Shown here: positions 30,832 to 42,100 of the stretch, one piece after another
How the letters are laid out: each line of letters opens with the position of its first letter
Numbering within the stretch: position 1 is the stretch's first letter
Origin: an uncultured Candidatus Saccharibacteria bacterium
GTDB lineage: Bacteria; Patescibacteriota; CALEFQ01
Length of the DNA stretch: 64,000 nucleotides
Direction: 5' to 3'
Assembly (NCBI GenBank): GCA_965230955.1
Contig: OZ246404.1
Span: 920,790-984,789 of the forward strand
The notes under the pieces: model-generated
What the model was told of the DNA's origin: nothing
Database searches by the model: none
Seen by the model: only the letters and a program-made list of their open reading frames with translations
Made by a program: the position numbers and the translations under genes

Positions 30832-31893
30832 ATGCAAATTATAGTCGAGTATATCTGGATTGACGGACAGAAGCCCACCACCAAGATGCGTTCCAAGACC
30901 CGGGTTATTGAAATGCCTGAGGCAACCTTGGAAAACATTCCACCCTGGGGCTTCGACGGTTCCAGCACCTGCCAGGCCACGACCAGGCATAGCGATTGCG
31001 TGCTGCAACCGGTTAGGCTGTTCCCCGACCCGATCCGAGGTGAGCCCAACATACTGGTTTTGTGCGAAGTGAATCTCCCTAATGGACGACCACATCAAAG
31101 CAACACCAGAGCGGTTTTGAACCAAGCGGCTAAGCGCTACCGCGATCAGAAGGCACTTTTCGGGATCGAGCAGGAGTACACCCTCTATGACAAGAATGGG
31201 GTGAGACCACTGCGCTGGCCCGAAGGAGCCGGTTTTCCCCATCCCCAAGGTCGGTACTACTGCGGAATAGGCTGCGATGAGGTGTATGGTCGCTCTCTAA
31301 TTGAGGCCCACACGTCGGCTTGCTTGCAGGCCGGACTAGCCATCTGCGGAACCAATGCCGAGGTCATGCCCTCGCAGTGGGAATTCCAAGTCGGGACTCT
31401 GCCCGCACCAGATATTGGAGACCAGATTTGGTTAGCACGGTGGCTACTCTATCGGCTAGGCGAGAATTTTGGCATCACTGCCAAACTCGATCCCAAGCCG
31501 ATTGACGGAGACTGGAACGGTGCCGGTGCGCACACAAACTTTAGCACCGAGCAGATGCGTGCCGCTGGCGGGCTGAAAGTGATAAAGGAAGCCGCCGGCC
31601 GTTTGGCAGACAGGCACAGCGAACACATTCAGCCTCACATCTACGGCGCAGACAACCACCTGCGGCTGACGGGGAAGCATGAGACTTGCTCGATCGAAAA
31701 ATTCCGTTGGGGAATCGGTGACCGAGGCGCTTCCGTCCGTATCCCCGCTCCGGTGGCCGAGAAGGGTTGCGGTTACTTGGAGGATCGTCGTCCCGCAGCC
31801 AATGCTGATCCCTACCGAGTGGCCACGGCTTTGCTGGAAACTATCTGTGGCAGAGGCTTTAATTCCAAGAAGTTTTCTTTTTTTCTAAGATAG
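30832..31893 (+). CDS. glnII: Glutamine synthetase type II (GSII, eukaryote-like)
   Basis: EYIWIDG, WGFDGSST.QA, NAEVMPSQWEFQVG, DPKPI.GDWNGAGAHTNFST, RLTGKHET, GYLEDRRPAAN.DPY; about 350 aa; SD AAGGAGGTG. Confidence 0.93.
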   Translation: MQIIVEYIWIDGQKPTTKMRSKTRVIEMPEATLENIPPWGFDGSSTCQATTRHSDCVLQPVRLFPDPIRGEPNILVLCEVNLPNGRPHQSNTRAVLNQAAKRYRDQKALFGIEQEYTLYDKNGVRPLRWPEGAGFPHPQGRYYCGIGCDEVYGRSLIEAHTSACLQAGLAICGTNAEVMPSQWEFQVGTLPAPDIGDQIWLARWLLYRLGENFGITAKLDPKPIDGDWNGAGAHTNFSTEQMRAAGGLKVIKEAAGRLADRHSEHIQPHIYGADNHLRLTGKHETCSIEKFRWGIGDRGASVRIPAPVAEKGCGYLEDRRPAANADPYRVATALLETICGRGFNSKKFSFFLR

Positions 31894-31910
31894 TCCAGCA
31901 CCGTCAACCG

Positions 31911-31943
31911 AAAAGCCCCGACTATATATGCCGGGGCTTTTTT
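31911..31943 (+). terminator. Intrinsic terminator
   Basis: AAAAGCCCCG...CGGGGCTTTTTT. Confidence 0.75.
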
Positions 31944-32048
31944 CTTATCGCGGGTAATTTTTACCAGCCGAATAATTTACCGATTTCTTCAGGAGTTTCA
32001 CGCCGTTTAGTGATTTTCACTTCACCATTAAACGCAATTAATTTGACC

Positions 32049-32320
32049 GGATTGGATGGTATCAAGAAAAACACCAAGCCCCCTGAGCAGTTGATGAAGA
32101 CGTTTACCATTTCAGCGACGCCAAGCTATCTTAGTTTAAGATTGATACCCTGCCTCATTCTTTGTGGCAAGCCCTCAGAAAATACACGAAGATCCTTTAA
32201 TCAGAAACACTCTGGGCGAGCATGCCTACCAAAGATACCTGGAAATAAAAACCAAAGAATAGAACGATTCCCGAATCCAAGTCACCCCTTGGGAACTGGA
32301 AAAATATTAGATACATTTTA
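32049..32320 (+). pseudogene. glnA: Degraded 3' remnant of type I glutamine synthetase
   Basis: Across frameshifts and stops: GLDGIKKNTKPPE / AVDEDVYHFSDAKLS*FKIDTLPHSLWQAL / EDPLIRNTLGEHAYQRYLEIKTKE*NDSRIQVTPWELEKY, the GSI C-terminal pattern. Confidence 0.8.
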
Positions 32321-32530
32321 CGTTTTTATTGCATCTTTTGCGTCATGTGATATGATAGATTTCTGTAACTAATCCCATCCCTTGAAAGTTTACTCGACTC
32401 AGCCAGATCAGCGCGATTTTAAAGCTACGCTGTGACGCTGCGGTGATCATCTGAATCACCTTTCCTCCCTGGATGCTTGCCTCAAACAACATCCAGAGAA
32501 GGAGAACAATTTTATTAGGAGGGTTTTTGC

Positions 32531-33088
32531 ATGAACCAGCAACTTTGGGTACCAAAGGAAATGTTTCTTACTAAAGGAGTAGGAATTCACCGAGACGAAC
32601 TTACTTCATTTGAACTTGCCTTGCGAAAAGCCGGAATTGAACGCTGTAACCTTGTGTACGTTTCCAGCATTCTTCCTCCCCAATGCAAGGTAATTCCCGT
32701 CAATGAAGGATTGAAAAAATTGCTCCCCGGGCAAATAACCTACTGCGTCATGGCTCGTGCGGCAACAAACGAACCCAATCGACTGGTCGCCGCGGCCATT
32801 GGTTTGGCTAAGCCGAAAAACAAAAACATTTATGGTTACTTATCCGAACGCCATGTCCTGGGCGAAACCGTTCAAGCCGCGGGAGATTATGCCGAAGACA
32901 TAGCGGCAACTATGCTGGCCACAACGCTCGGTATTGAATTCGATATTGATGCCGCCTGGAAAGAACGCGAACAGGTTTACAAGGCCAGTGGGCAAATCAT
33001 CGCCACCAGACATATCTGCCAATCATCTGAAGGGCCTAAAGACGGCAGCTGGGTCACAGTGATTAGCACGGCAGTATTGTTGCTCTGA
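32531..33088 (+). CDS. pdaD: Pyruvoyl-dependent arginine decarboxylase
   Basis: L.SFELALR.AGI...NLV.VSSILPP (Ser-Ser autocleavage), GYLSE, YAED.AA.MLATTLG; SD AGGAGG. Confidence 0.9.
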   Translation: MNQQLWVPKEMFLTKGVGIHRDELTSFELALRKAGIERCNLVYVSSILPPQCKVIPVNEGLKKLLPGQITYCVMARAATNEPNRLVAAAIGLAKPKNKNIYGYLSERHVLGETVQAAGDYAEDIAATMLATTLGIEFDIDAAWKEREQVYKASGQIIATRHICQSSEGPKDGSWVTVISTAVLLL

Positions 33089-33104
33089 CTGGAGGAACAA
33101 AAAC

Positions 33105-33135
33105 AAAAGCCCAGCTTCAATGAAGCTGGGCCTTA
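33105..33135. terminator. Bidirectional terminator
   Basis: GCCCAGCTTCA-a-TGAAGCTGGGC between convergent pdaD and recA. Confidence 0.75.
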
Positions 33136-33154
33136 TTATTATATTGTACGAAAG

Positions 33155-34219
33155 TTAGACCTTCACTTCTTCTTTCAAACCTTCCCGCGATGCTTTTCTG
33201 GTTTTTTGATCTATCTCTTTCGCAATCGTCGGATTTTCTTTCAAGAATTTTTTCGCGCCCTCGCGTCCTTGGCCGATCTTCTTGCCGTCATAATTGACCC
33301 AGGCGCCGCTCTTGCGCAGAACGCCGCATTTGACGCCGGTATCGACCAAATCGCCCAGATAAGAAATCCCCTCGCCGTATATCAAGTCAACTTCGGTATG
33401 CTGGAAAGGCGGGGCAACTTTGTTTTTTACAACCTTGATAATGGCGCGCATGCCGACTTCTTTGTCATTTTGCTTGATATTGGCGCGGCGGCGAATTTCA
33501 ACTCTGACCGAAGCGTAAAATTTAAGTGCTTTGCCGCCGGGAGTGGTTTCCGGATTGCCAAACAAAATTCCCAGCTTCATACGAATCTGGTTGATGAAGA
33601 TAACCGTGGTATTTGTCTTGGCGACAGTCGCGGTCAATTTGCGTAAAGCTTGGCTCATCAAACGAGCCTGCAAGCCCATGTGTGAATCGCCCATCTCGCC
33701 TTCAATTTCCGCCCGGGGTGTCAGCGCCGCCACCGAATCAACAACGATCAAATCGACGGCAGCGGAACGAACCAGAGTCTCGACGATTTCCAAAGCCTGC
33801 TCGCCAGTATCCGGCTGTGAAACCAATAATTCGTCAATATTCACTCCCAGCTTGCGCGAGTATTCAGGATCCATCGCATGCTCGGCATCGACATAAGCCG
33901 CCGTTCCGCCACCCTTTTGGCATTGCGCCACGACATGCTGAGCCAGTGTTGTTTTGCCGCTTGATTCCGGACCGAAAATTTCGATAATCCGACCACGAGG
34001 CATACCGCCGACTCCGAGAGCCAAATCCAATGAGATCGAACCGGTGGGAATCACCGCGATATCAACCCGCTTGGCCTCACCCAATTTCATAATGGAACCT
34101 TCGCCAAAACGATCACGAATTTGCTCAATCGCCAGATGCGCCGCTTTTTGTTTAGCTGTACGTTCACTGGCTTTAACCGCAGGAACGGCCGCAGCGGCCG
34201 ATGCTTTTACTTTTGACAT
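33155..34219 (-). CDS. recA: Recombinase RecA
   Basis: [43 protein letters not shown]. Confidence 0.99.
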   Translation of the reverse strand: MSKVKASAAAAVPAVKASERTAKQKAAHLAIEQIRDRFGEGSIMKLGEAKRVDIAVIPTGSISLDLALGVGGMPRGRIIEIFGPESSGKTTLAQHVVAQCQKGGGTAAYVDAEHAMDPEYSRKLGVNIDELLVSQPDTGEQALEIVETLVRSAAVDLIVVDSVAALTPRAEIEGEMGDSHMGLQARLMSQALRKLTATVAKTNTTVIFINQIRMKLGILFGNPETTPGGKALKFYASVRVEIRRRANIKQNDKEVGMRAIIKVVKNKVAPPFQHTEVDLIYGEGISYLGDLVDTGVKCGVLRKSGAWVNYDGKKIGQGREGAKKFLKENPTIAKEIDQKTRKASREGLKEEVKV

Positions 34220-34315
34220 AGAATTTACTTTCCCGCTCCTGCCGAAGCAAGGCGCGAGATTACCCCCCTTAAAGGGTCTAGCCCGTTTAAAATAAGCGGA
34301 CCAGAACTGATAAGA

Positions 34316-35038
34316 CTAATTAAGCGTCATGGAAACCGATGGGCCGTCAACGGCCGAATCTTCCGGTATGTATAAGATCTTTCTGGTCAATGAACTTTCT
34401 CGCCCCTGCCGATCGCGGACAACCACGGTAATGGTATTGAGCCCGTTTTGCAAATAAATATACTCTTGAAATGTCCCTTCTTCGTCGACAAAAACTTCTT
34501 GCCCGTTGATCATCAAAACGCTTTCTTGGTCAGCCGTTCCGCTAAACGCTATTTTTTCTTCGCTGACCGTAATATCGTTGGCCGGCTCGGCGATCGAGAG
34601 AGAAGGATTACGGGAAAAATTACGGAATTGCCAAACCAAATAAAACACCGCGATCATCAAGACTGCCACGATCACGGCCGTTTTGACCAAGCGCGGAATA
34701 AGTAATGGCGAATGGATATTTTTTGGCTGCTGGCTCTTATCGGCCTGCTTTTCCTCCAAGTGTTCTTGGATGCCTCGTTCTTTATTATACAAACGAAGTA
34801 TTTTAGATTCGTTCAAGCCCAAATATTCCGCATAACTGCGTAAAAACCCTTTGACATAAACGTCGGCCGGCAAATCCTGATAGTATCCTTCCTCCAAACG
34901 GTGTAAGTTTTCTTCGCGGACATGAATGGCCGACGCCACCTGCGACAAGGTACGTTGCTTTTCTTCGCGTACCGTACGCAAAATTTCCCCGACTTTGTCG
35001 GCGGAATTGATTCTTTTTTTACTAAAACCAGAAACCAT
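34316..35038 (-). CDS. RodZ-like HTH_25 membrane protein with C-terminal Ig-like domain
   Basis: VGEIL...RE, LE.G.Y..LP..VYVKGFLRSYAEYLGL, one TM, L..GLN.I. Confidence 0.85.
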   Translation of the reverse strand: MVSGFSKKRINSADKVGEILRTVREEKQRTLSQVASAIHVREENLHRLEEGYYQDLPADVYVKGFLRSYAEYLGLNESKILRLYNKERGIQEHLEEKQADKSQQPKNIHSPLLIPRLVKTAVIVAVLMIAVFYLVWQFRNFSRNPSLSIAEPANDITVSEEKIAFSGTADQESVLMINGQEVFVDEEGTFQEYIYLQNGLNTITVVVRDRQGRESSLTRKILYIPEDSAVDGPSVSMTLN

Positions 35039-35174
35039 ACCAGTTTTTACTGCTTTAAGGCACTTTTCATTGTAACACCCTTATTTACTTAGTCAACGGC
35101 ATAACAGCCCATTTATAGATAATTTTGTCAAAATAATTCTCCCGGTAAGCCAGATGTGATATAATATCACCGTT

Positions 35175-36767
35175 ATGGGAAAGAAAAACTACAAACCCGT
35201 CGTGTTGATAATTTTAGACGGCTGGGGAATAAATCCCAGCATTGAAGGTAATGCGGTCAAAGCGGCCAAGGTGCCTAATTTTGATTATTTTTGGAAAAAC
35301 TATCCCGCGACCTCCTTGCAGGCATCGGGAATCGCGGTCGGTTTATTTTGGGGAGAAAACGGCAACTCGGAAGTCGGACACCTCAATCTCGGTTCCGGTT
35401 TGGTCGTGTATCAGAATCTTCCGCGAGTAACTTTGGCCATTCAAAACAAAACTTTTTTCCAAAACGAAGCATTCCTTCAGGCTTGCGCTCACGTCAAAAA
35501 AAATAATTCGGCTCTGCACCTTATAGGCCTGGTCAGTGCCGGCGGCATCCATAGCCATATCGATCATCTCTTCGCCTTGCTGGAATTGGCCAAGACCCAG
35601 CGAGTCAAACGGGTTTATATTCATGCTATCACTGACGGGCGCGATACCCCGCGCAACGCCGCCGAACGTTATATCACTGAATTGGAGGGTAAAATCCACC
35701 AACTCCATCTGGGCGAAATCGCCACAGTCAGCGGAAGATTTTTCGCCATGGATCGGGATAATCACTGGGAACGAGAAGAGAAAGCTTACCACGCCATGGT
35801 CTCCGGTATCGGACCAACTGCTCAATCGGCCGGTGCCGCGATTGCCGAATCATATGCTCATCAAACCTACGATGAAGCCATCACCCCAACAGTAATTACC
35901 AAAGCCGGGCACCCGGTAGCGACAATCAAAGACAATGATGCGGTAATTTTCTTTAATTTTCGTGCCGATCGAGCCCGACAATTAACAAAAGCTTTTGTGC
36001 TCCCCGGATTCGCTGATTTCAATCGTCCGCATCGCTTGGAAAATCTGTTTTTTGTGACGATGACCCAATTCGAAGACAATCTGCCGGCACACATTGCTTT
36101 TCCTCCCCAAAAGGTCAAAGAACCGCTAGCTAAAGTCATCGCCGATAATAAACTCAAACAATTCCACGTGGCAGAAACGGAAAAATACGCCCACGTGACC
36201 TACTTTTTTGACGGCGGAATAGAAAAGCCTTTTCCTGGAGAAGATCAATTGGTCATCCCATCACCTCGAGTAAAAAATTACGAGAAAGTCCCGGAAATGA
36301 GCGCCCAAGAAACGACCGATCTTTTAGTCAAGAAAATTTTCACCGGTCATTACGCTTTTTTGGTTATCAATTACGCCAACCCGGATATGATCGGACACAC
36401 CGGAGATTTCAGCGCCACCGTCAAAGCGCTGGAATTTGTCGACAAAAAAATCAAGCAAGTGGTTGACGCAGTTTTATCAATCAATGGCGCGGTTATCATC
36501 ACGGCTGATCACGGAAATTGCGAGACAAAAATCGACCCACTCAGCCATGAATCCACTAAAGAACACACCACCAATCCCGTACCCTTCTTGTTACTGGCCA
36601 ACGACTTCAAAATTCCGCCCAAAGACGATGACACTGTTTTCCAGGAAATGATCAATCCCAGCGGTGTCTTGGCCGATGTCGCGCCGACCATCCTGGATCT
36701 CCTGGGAATAAAAAAACCCGAGGAAATGCAGGGCTTAAGCTTGCGAGATTCGCTGACGGATAAATAA
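35175..36767 (+). CDS. gpmI: 2,3-bisphosphoglycerate-independent phosphoglycerate mutase
   Basis: LIILDGWG, GNSEVGH, DGRDT, AETEKYAHVT, TADHGN. Confidence 0.97.
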   Translation: MGKKNYKPVVLIILDGWGINPSIEGNAVKAAKVPNFDYFWKNYPATSLQASGIAVGLFWGENGNSEVGHLNLGSGLVVYQNLPRVTLAIQNKTFFQNEAFLQACAHVKKNNSALHLIGLVSAGGIHSHIDHLFALLELAKTQRVKRVYIHAITDGRDTPRNAAERYITELEGKIHQLHLGEIATVSGRFFAMDRDNHWEREEKAYHAMVSGIGPTAQSAGAAIAESYAHQTYDEAITPTVITKAGHPVATIKDNDAVIFFNFRADRARQLTKAFVLPGFADFNRPHRLENLFFVTMTQFEDNLPAHIAFPPQKVKEPLAKVIADNKLKQFHVAETEKYAHVTYFFDGGIEKPFPGEDQLVIPSPRVKNYEKVPEMSAQETTDLLVKKIFTGHYAFLVINYANPDMIGHTGDFSATVKALEFVDKKIKQVVDAVLSINGAVIITADHGNCETKIDPLSHESTKEHTTNPVPFLLLANDFKIPPKDDDTVFQEMINPSGVLADVAPTILDLLGIKKPEEMQGLSLRDSLTDK

Positions 36768-36780
36768 TACTTCTCACCAA

Positions 36781-36823
36781 AAAACAGCGGAGGCCTACCG
36801 ATTCGGCAGGCCTCCGCTGTTTT
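36781..36823. terminator. Bidirectional terminator
   Basis: AAAACAGCGGAGGCCT...AGGCCTCCGCTGTTTT. Confidence 0.8.
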
Positions 36824-36829
36824 AAACAT

Positions 36830-39007
36830 TTAATTTTCTGGATTTTCCGGCGGCGTGGTCTCACCCTTGACCAGTACCTCGCGCGGTTTGCTGCCATCCG
36901 GCGGACCGACAATTCCCTTTTCTTCCAAAATATCCAGCAAGCGCGCGGCGCGGGCATAACCGATGCGCAAACGACGCTGTAAAAGCGAAGCTGATCCCTT
37001 CCCCATCCGCATCACTTCTTCCTTGGCGGCATTGAATAAATTATCGTCAATCTCTTCTTCACCGGATCCAACCAAACCTGGCAGCTCGCCCGGTTTTTTA
37101 TCTTTTTCGGGGACGTCTTCATCATAATCCGGCTGTCCCTGCTGACGCAGATACTCGGTGACGCGTTTAATTTCCTCTTCTTCAACCAATTCGCCTTGCA
37201 CCCGACGCGGTTTGCTCGCCGTCGCCGTGACAAACAGCAAATCGCCGTTGCCCAGCAATTTTTCCGCGCCCTGCATATCAATGATCGTGCGCGAATCGAT
37301 TTGCGAAGCGACATTGAAAGCAATCCGGGAAGTTATATTCGCCTTGATCAAACCGGTAATAACATTGACCGACGGACGCTGGGTGGAAACCAGCAAATGG
37401 ATTCCGACCGCCCGGGCCATTTGAGCCAAACGAACGATCGCGCCTTCTACATCATTCATGGCCACGGCCATCAAATCGGCCAACTCGTCAATCGCCACGA
37501 CGATGTATGGCAGACGCTCGGCTTTATGAACCGCATTGTATGATTTGATATTTACTTTTCCGGCCACCTGCAGCAATTTGTACCGGCGATCCATCTCCGC
37601 CACACACCATTTCAAAGCATTGACGGTCTTGGGAACATCGGTCAATACCGGCGTGAGTAAATGGGGAATATCGTTATAGCCGGACATTTCAACTCTCTTA
37701 GGATCGACTAAGATCATTTTCAGATCAGCCGGGGAATTGCGATACAATAAGCTGACCAAAATAGCATTGAGACAGACCGACTTGCCCGAGCCGGTTGCTC
37801 CGGCGATCAGCAAATGCGGCATTTTATCGATATCAATGATAATCGGATTGCCGGCGACATCACGCCCCAGCGGAACGGCTAATTTTGATTTGCTGTCTTT
37901 CCATTCCAGCGATTCTAATAATTCCCGCAGGCGTACAACGGCTATTTTTTCATTCGGGACTTCGATACCGACCAATGATTTTCCCGGGATCGGCGCTTCG
38001 ATTCTGATCGGGTGAGCAGCCAAGGCCAAAGCCAAATCATTCTGCAGAGCCGTAATCCGGCTTAATTTCACTCCTTCCAGCGGCTTCAAAGAATACTGGG
38101 TCACCGTCGGGCCGATACTGACATCGGACATTTCCACCGGAATTCCGAAATTAGACAACGTTTTTTGGATCACCGACGCTTTGGAACGGATATCGCCGCT
38201 GGTCGGTTTTCCGAAAGTGCCGTTAAGCATGGAAAGAGGCGGAAATTTCCAGTTGGGATCGGATTTCGTCGTATGCGCCGCGGTGTCATCAGCACTGGCC
38301 GGCGCCGGAGTAAAAGTATTGGTCTTGATTTCTGTTTCTTCGACCGGTTTGGGCTCCGGCGTGCCCGAATCTAGATCGTCCAAGTTTTTGGTTTTGAATT
38401 CGCCGTTCTCAATCGTCTTGACTTGCACTTTCGGCTCCGGCTTGATCTTTGTTTGTATCTTGGCGAATTTTTCTTTTAGAGACCTGAACCAGTCGATGAC
38501 GGCTGTAAAAGAAATATTAAAAGTCAGCATGGTGGCAATAATCATGATCCCAATCAACACAAACCACGAAGCTAGCGTCCCCATAATCGCTACCGTCATG
38601 GAACTGACACCGTAACCAATCGCTCCCCCGCCTTGGCCCAAGTCCACCGCCCACTGCCCCTGGTACGGTTGAAAAGGCAGATGAAAGAGACCGAGTAGAG
38701 ATAGAACCAACAAAGTGATTCCGAGATAATTCAAAAATTTAAGCGGCAATTTTTCCCCACGCACCAGAATCACGACCACAAAAACCAGCAAAATCGGCGC
38801 CAAAAATCCGCCCCAGCCAAAAATCGCCCCGATAGTCTGGCGAGAAAAATCACCTAAAGCCCCGGCCCCCTCGAAGAATCCCAGGACACTGATAGCAGCC
38901 AAAACAATCAGAACGACAATAGCAATTCCCCGGATCATTTCCGGACTTAAACTAAAAGATGTTTTTTTCGGCGGTCGACCGCGCTTTCGTCTTTTTTTCA
39001 GTGCCAT
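36830..39007 (-). CDS. ftsK: DNA translocase FtsK/SpoIIIE
   Basis: 4-TM N-terminus, PHLLIAGATGSGKS, DELADLM, TQRPSV, LQRRLRIGYARAAR gamma domain. Confidence 0.97.
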   Translation of the reverse strand: MALKKRRKRGRPPKKTSFSLSPEMIRGIAIVVLIVLAAISVLGFFEGAGALGDFSRQTIGAIFGWGGFLAPILLVFVVVILVRGEKLPLKFLNYLGITLLVLSLLGLFHLPFQPYQGQWAVDLGQGGGAIGYGVSSMTVAIMGTLASWFVLIGIMIIATMLTFNISFTAVIDWFRSLKEKFAKIQTKIKPEPKVQVKTIENGEFKTKNLDDLDSGTPEPKPVEETEIKTNTFTPAPASADDTAAHTTKSDPNWKFPPLSMLNGTFGKPTSGDIRSKASVIQKTLSNFGIPVEMSDVSIGPTVTQYSLKPLEGVKLSRITALQNDLALALAAHPIRIEAPIPGKSLVGIEVPNEKIAVVRLRELLESLEWKDSKSKLAVPLGRDVAGNPIIIDIDKMPHLLIAGATGSGKSVCLNAILVSLLYRNSPADLKMILVDPKRVEMSGYNDIPHLLTPVLTDVPKTVNALKWCVAEMDRRYKLLQVAGKVNIKSYNAVHKAERLPYIVVAIDELADLMAVAMNDVEGAIVRLAQMARAVGIHLLVSTQRPSVNVITGLIKANITSRIAFNVASQIDSRTIIDMQGAEKLLGNGDLLFVTATASKPRRVQGELVEEEEIKRVTEYLRQQGQPDYDEDVPEKDKKPGELPGLVGSGEEEIDDNLFNAAKEEVMRMGKGSASLLQRRLRIGYARAARLLDILEEKGIVGPPDGSKPREVLVKGETTPPENPEN

Positions 39008-39130
39008 AATAAGCGAACCTATTAAGTAGGTTTACTCCGATATTTTAACATAAATTTACCACAGTGCCAAGGCATGCCTCGGGATACTTTTCAAGACTTC
39101 CACTACAACCAAATTTCGGCTTTATCCATA

Positions 39131-39164
39131 AAAAACAGCCCCGATCACTTTTCGGGGCTGTTTT
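39131..39164 (-). terminator. Terminator after rpoC
   Basis: AAAAACAGCCCCGA...TCGGGGCTGTTTT. Confidence 0.8.
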
Positions 39165-39173
39165 ATCTATTAA

Positions 39174-42100
39174 CTAGGCTACTTTTGGTTCGGTGCGTTC
39201 CGCTTGCTCATCTTGTGTCCGACCGTGTTTTCCGAAGCCGGTACCGGCGGGCAGGAGCTTGCCGATAATAACGTTTTCTTTCAGTCCGCGCAGAGTGTCA
39301 TACCGACCCATGATCGCCGCATCAATTAACACTCGGGCGGTTTCCTGGAAAGAAGCGGCGCTCAAGAAACTTTCGGTCGAGAGCGAAGCTTTGGTGATAC
39401 CCAAAAGCAGAACCTCGTAAGTCGCCAGCTGTTTGCCTTCTTTTTCCATGCGATCATTTTCGCGCATGACATGAGCTTTTTCCACCACATCCCCGGGGAT
39501 AAATTCAGTGTCGCCCGGATTATTGATCCGCACGCGGGAAAGCATCTGGCGAATGATGACTTCAACGTGCTTGTCATTCACTTTCTGGCCTTGCGAGGAA
39601 TAAATATGCTGTACTTCCTTTAGGATATATTTCTGCACCGCGCGCGAACCGCTCAAACGGAAGAGCTGGCGCAAATCGATCGGGCCTTCAGTCAATTGAC
39701 TGCCCTTGACCACCAAATCACCGGTACGAACCCAAAGCGGAGTTTTCAGCGGAACATTATAGGAATTTTCGGCAGAACCGTCCTTTGTAAGTTCGATCAA
39801 ATCTTTTTTGAGATGGACCACGCCGGTCGAAGTGGCAATAATCTTGCCCTCTTTGCTGATGGCCAGTAAATCGCCCTTTTCCACCGTTGCATTGTCTTTG
39901 ACTTTGATTTGACTGCCGGCGGGTAAATTGAACTTGTCGACTTTCAACTCATCGCTGATGATGTGAATAATTTTTTCTTTCTCGGTTTCTTCCACCTTGA
40001 TTTTTCCGTTGACTTCCGCCACCACAGCCGGTTTGGCAATCGGTCGAGCTTCAAACAATTCTTCAACCCGGGGAAGACCCTGAGTAATATCACCGACGCC
40101 GGCGACACCACCGGTATGGAAAGTTCGCATAGTCAGCTGGGTACCGGGTTCACCGATCGACTGCGCTGCTATAATTCCGGCGGCTAAACCGTTTTCAGCC
40201 AGTTCATTGCGTCCAAGATCAAGACCATAGCACCGGGCGCAAGCCCCATAACGCGATTCACAGGTCATAACCGATCGAATGCGCACATCTTTAATGTCCA
40301 TTTCTTTCAGTTTGGCGCGATGATTTTCAGTGACAGTTTCACCTTTTTTGACAATGACCTTTTTCGTTTTGGGATCAACAATGTCTTGCAAAACTGTTCG
40401 GCCAAGAATACGACCAATCACCGTCTCGCCCATTTCTTCGCTGTCTTTTTTGGTAATGTCGATTCCTGTGTCATCGCCGCAATCCAATTCTTCGATAACT
40501 ACATCCTGAGCCACATCAACCAGACGGCGAGTCAAATATCCGGCATTGGCCGTGCGCAAAGCTGTATCGGACAAACCCTTGCGAGCGCCGTGAGTGGAAA
40601 TGAAATATTCCAGCACCGAAAGACCTTCTTTGAAACTTCCGGTGACCGGCAACTCGATTGTCCGACCGGCCGGATTGGCCATCAAACCGCGCATACCCAT
40701 CAACTGGGTCGTCTGCGCCCAAGAACCGCGCGCGCCAGAATCAATCATGGCGAAGACGGCGCTATCGTGATCAATATTGTCTTCGACCGCTTTTGAAACT
40801 TCCTCACGGACTTTAGACCAAATTTCGATAACTTTTTGATAACGTTCATCATCGGTCAACAAACCGGACTTGTATTGAGCTTTGACTTCTTCCACTTCGT
40901 GCTTGGCTTTTTCGATCAAGCTTTTCTTTTCGGTCGGAGCGGTCAAGTCAGCCGAGGCCAGGGTAATTCCCGACAGCGTCAAATAAGCAAAACCGGTGTC
41001 TTTGATCCGATCAATTAGTTCGACTGCTATTTCGCGACCATATTGGTGCAAAGCTTTAGCGATAATTTTGGCCAAAGATTTTTTGTTCATCGTTTCGTTG
41101 ATGAAACGCATTTCCTTCGGCAGAATATTGTTAAACAGAATCCGACCCACGCAAGTTTCGATGATCTGACCCGGTTCCAGGCGGACTTTGATCATGGCTT
41201 TCAGGTGCAAACGCTTCATATCATAGGCTAAGATCGCTTCGTGCTTATCCGCGAAAGTGTGTCCGGCACCGAGCAAGTCTTTTTCCGGGCGAGTCATGTA
41301 GTAACAGCCCAACACCATATCTTGAGACGGAGCGGTCACCGGTTCGCCGGTGGAAGGCCGCAATAAATTTTTGGTGGAGAGCATAATATTGGCCGCTTCA
41401 AACCGAGCCATTTTGGTCAGCGGAACGTGGACAGCCATCTGGTCACCGTCAAAATCGGCATTGAAAGGCGAACAAACCATCGGATGAATTCGAATCGCCT
41501 TACCTTCAATCAATATCGGCTGGAAAGCCTGGATACCCAAACGATGCAATGTCGGCGCGCGATTGAGCAACACGTGGTGGCCGGCAATCACTTTTTCCAG
41601 AGCATCCCAAACTTCCGGACGAGATTGTTCGATCAATTTACCGGCACTACGAACATTATGAGCAAATTCTTTTTTGATCAGTTCGGCAATCACGAAAGGT
41701 TTGTAGAGCTCGAGCGCCATAATTTTCGGTAAACCGCATTCATGCAATTTCAAATTCGGACCGACCACGATAACCGAACGGCCGGAATAATCAACGCGCT
41801 TACCGAGCAAGTTCTGGCGGAAACGTCCCTGCTTGCCGCGCAACATATCAGCCAAAGATTTCAGAATGCGGCGCTGTCCGGTCGAAGCTTGGACCGCTTT
41901 TCCGCGACGGGCGTTATTATCAATCAAAGCATCGACAGCTTCCTGCAACATGCGTTTTTCATTGCGCTGAATAACATCCGGTGCTCCCAATTCTTTGAGG
42001 CGCTTGAGACGATTATTACGATTAATGACCCGGCGATACAAATCGTTTAAATCCGAAGCGGCATAGCGGCCGCCGTCAAGCTGAACCATCGGGCGCAGAT

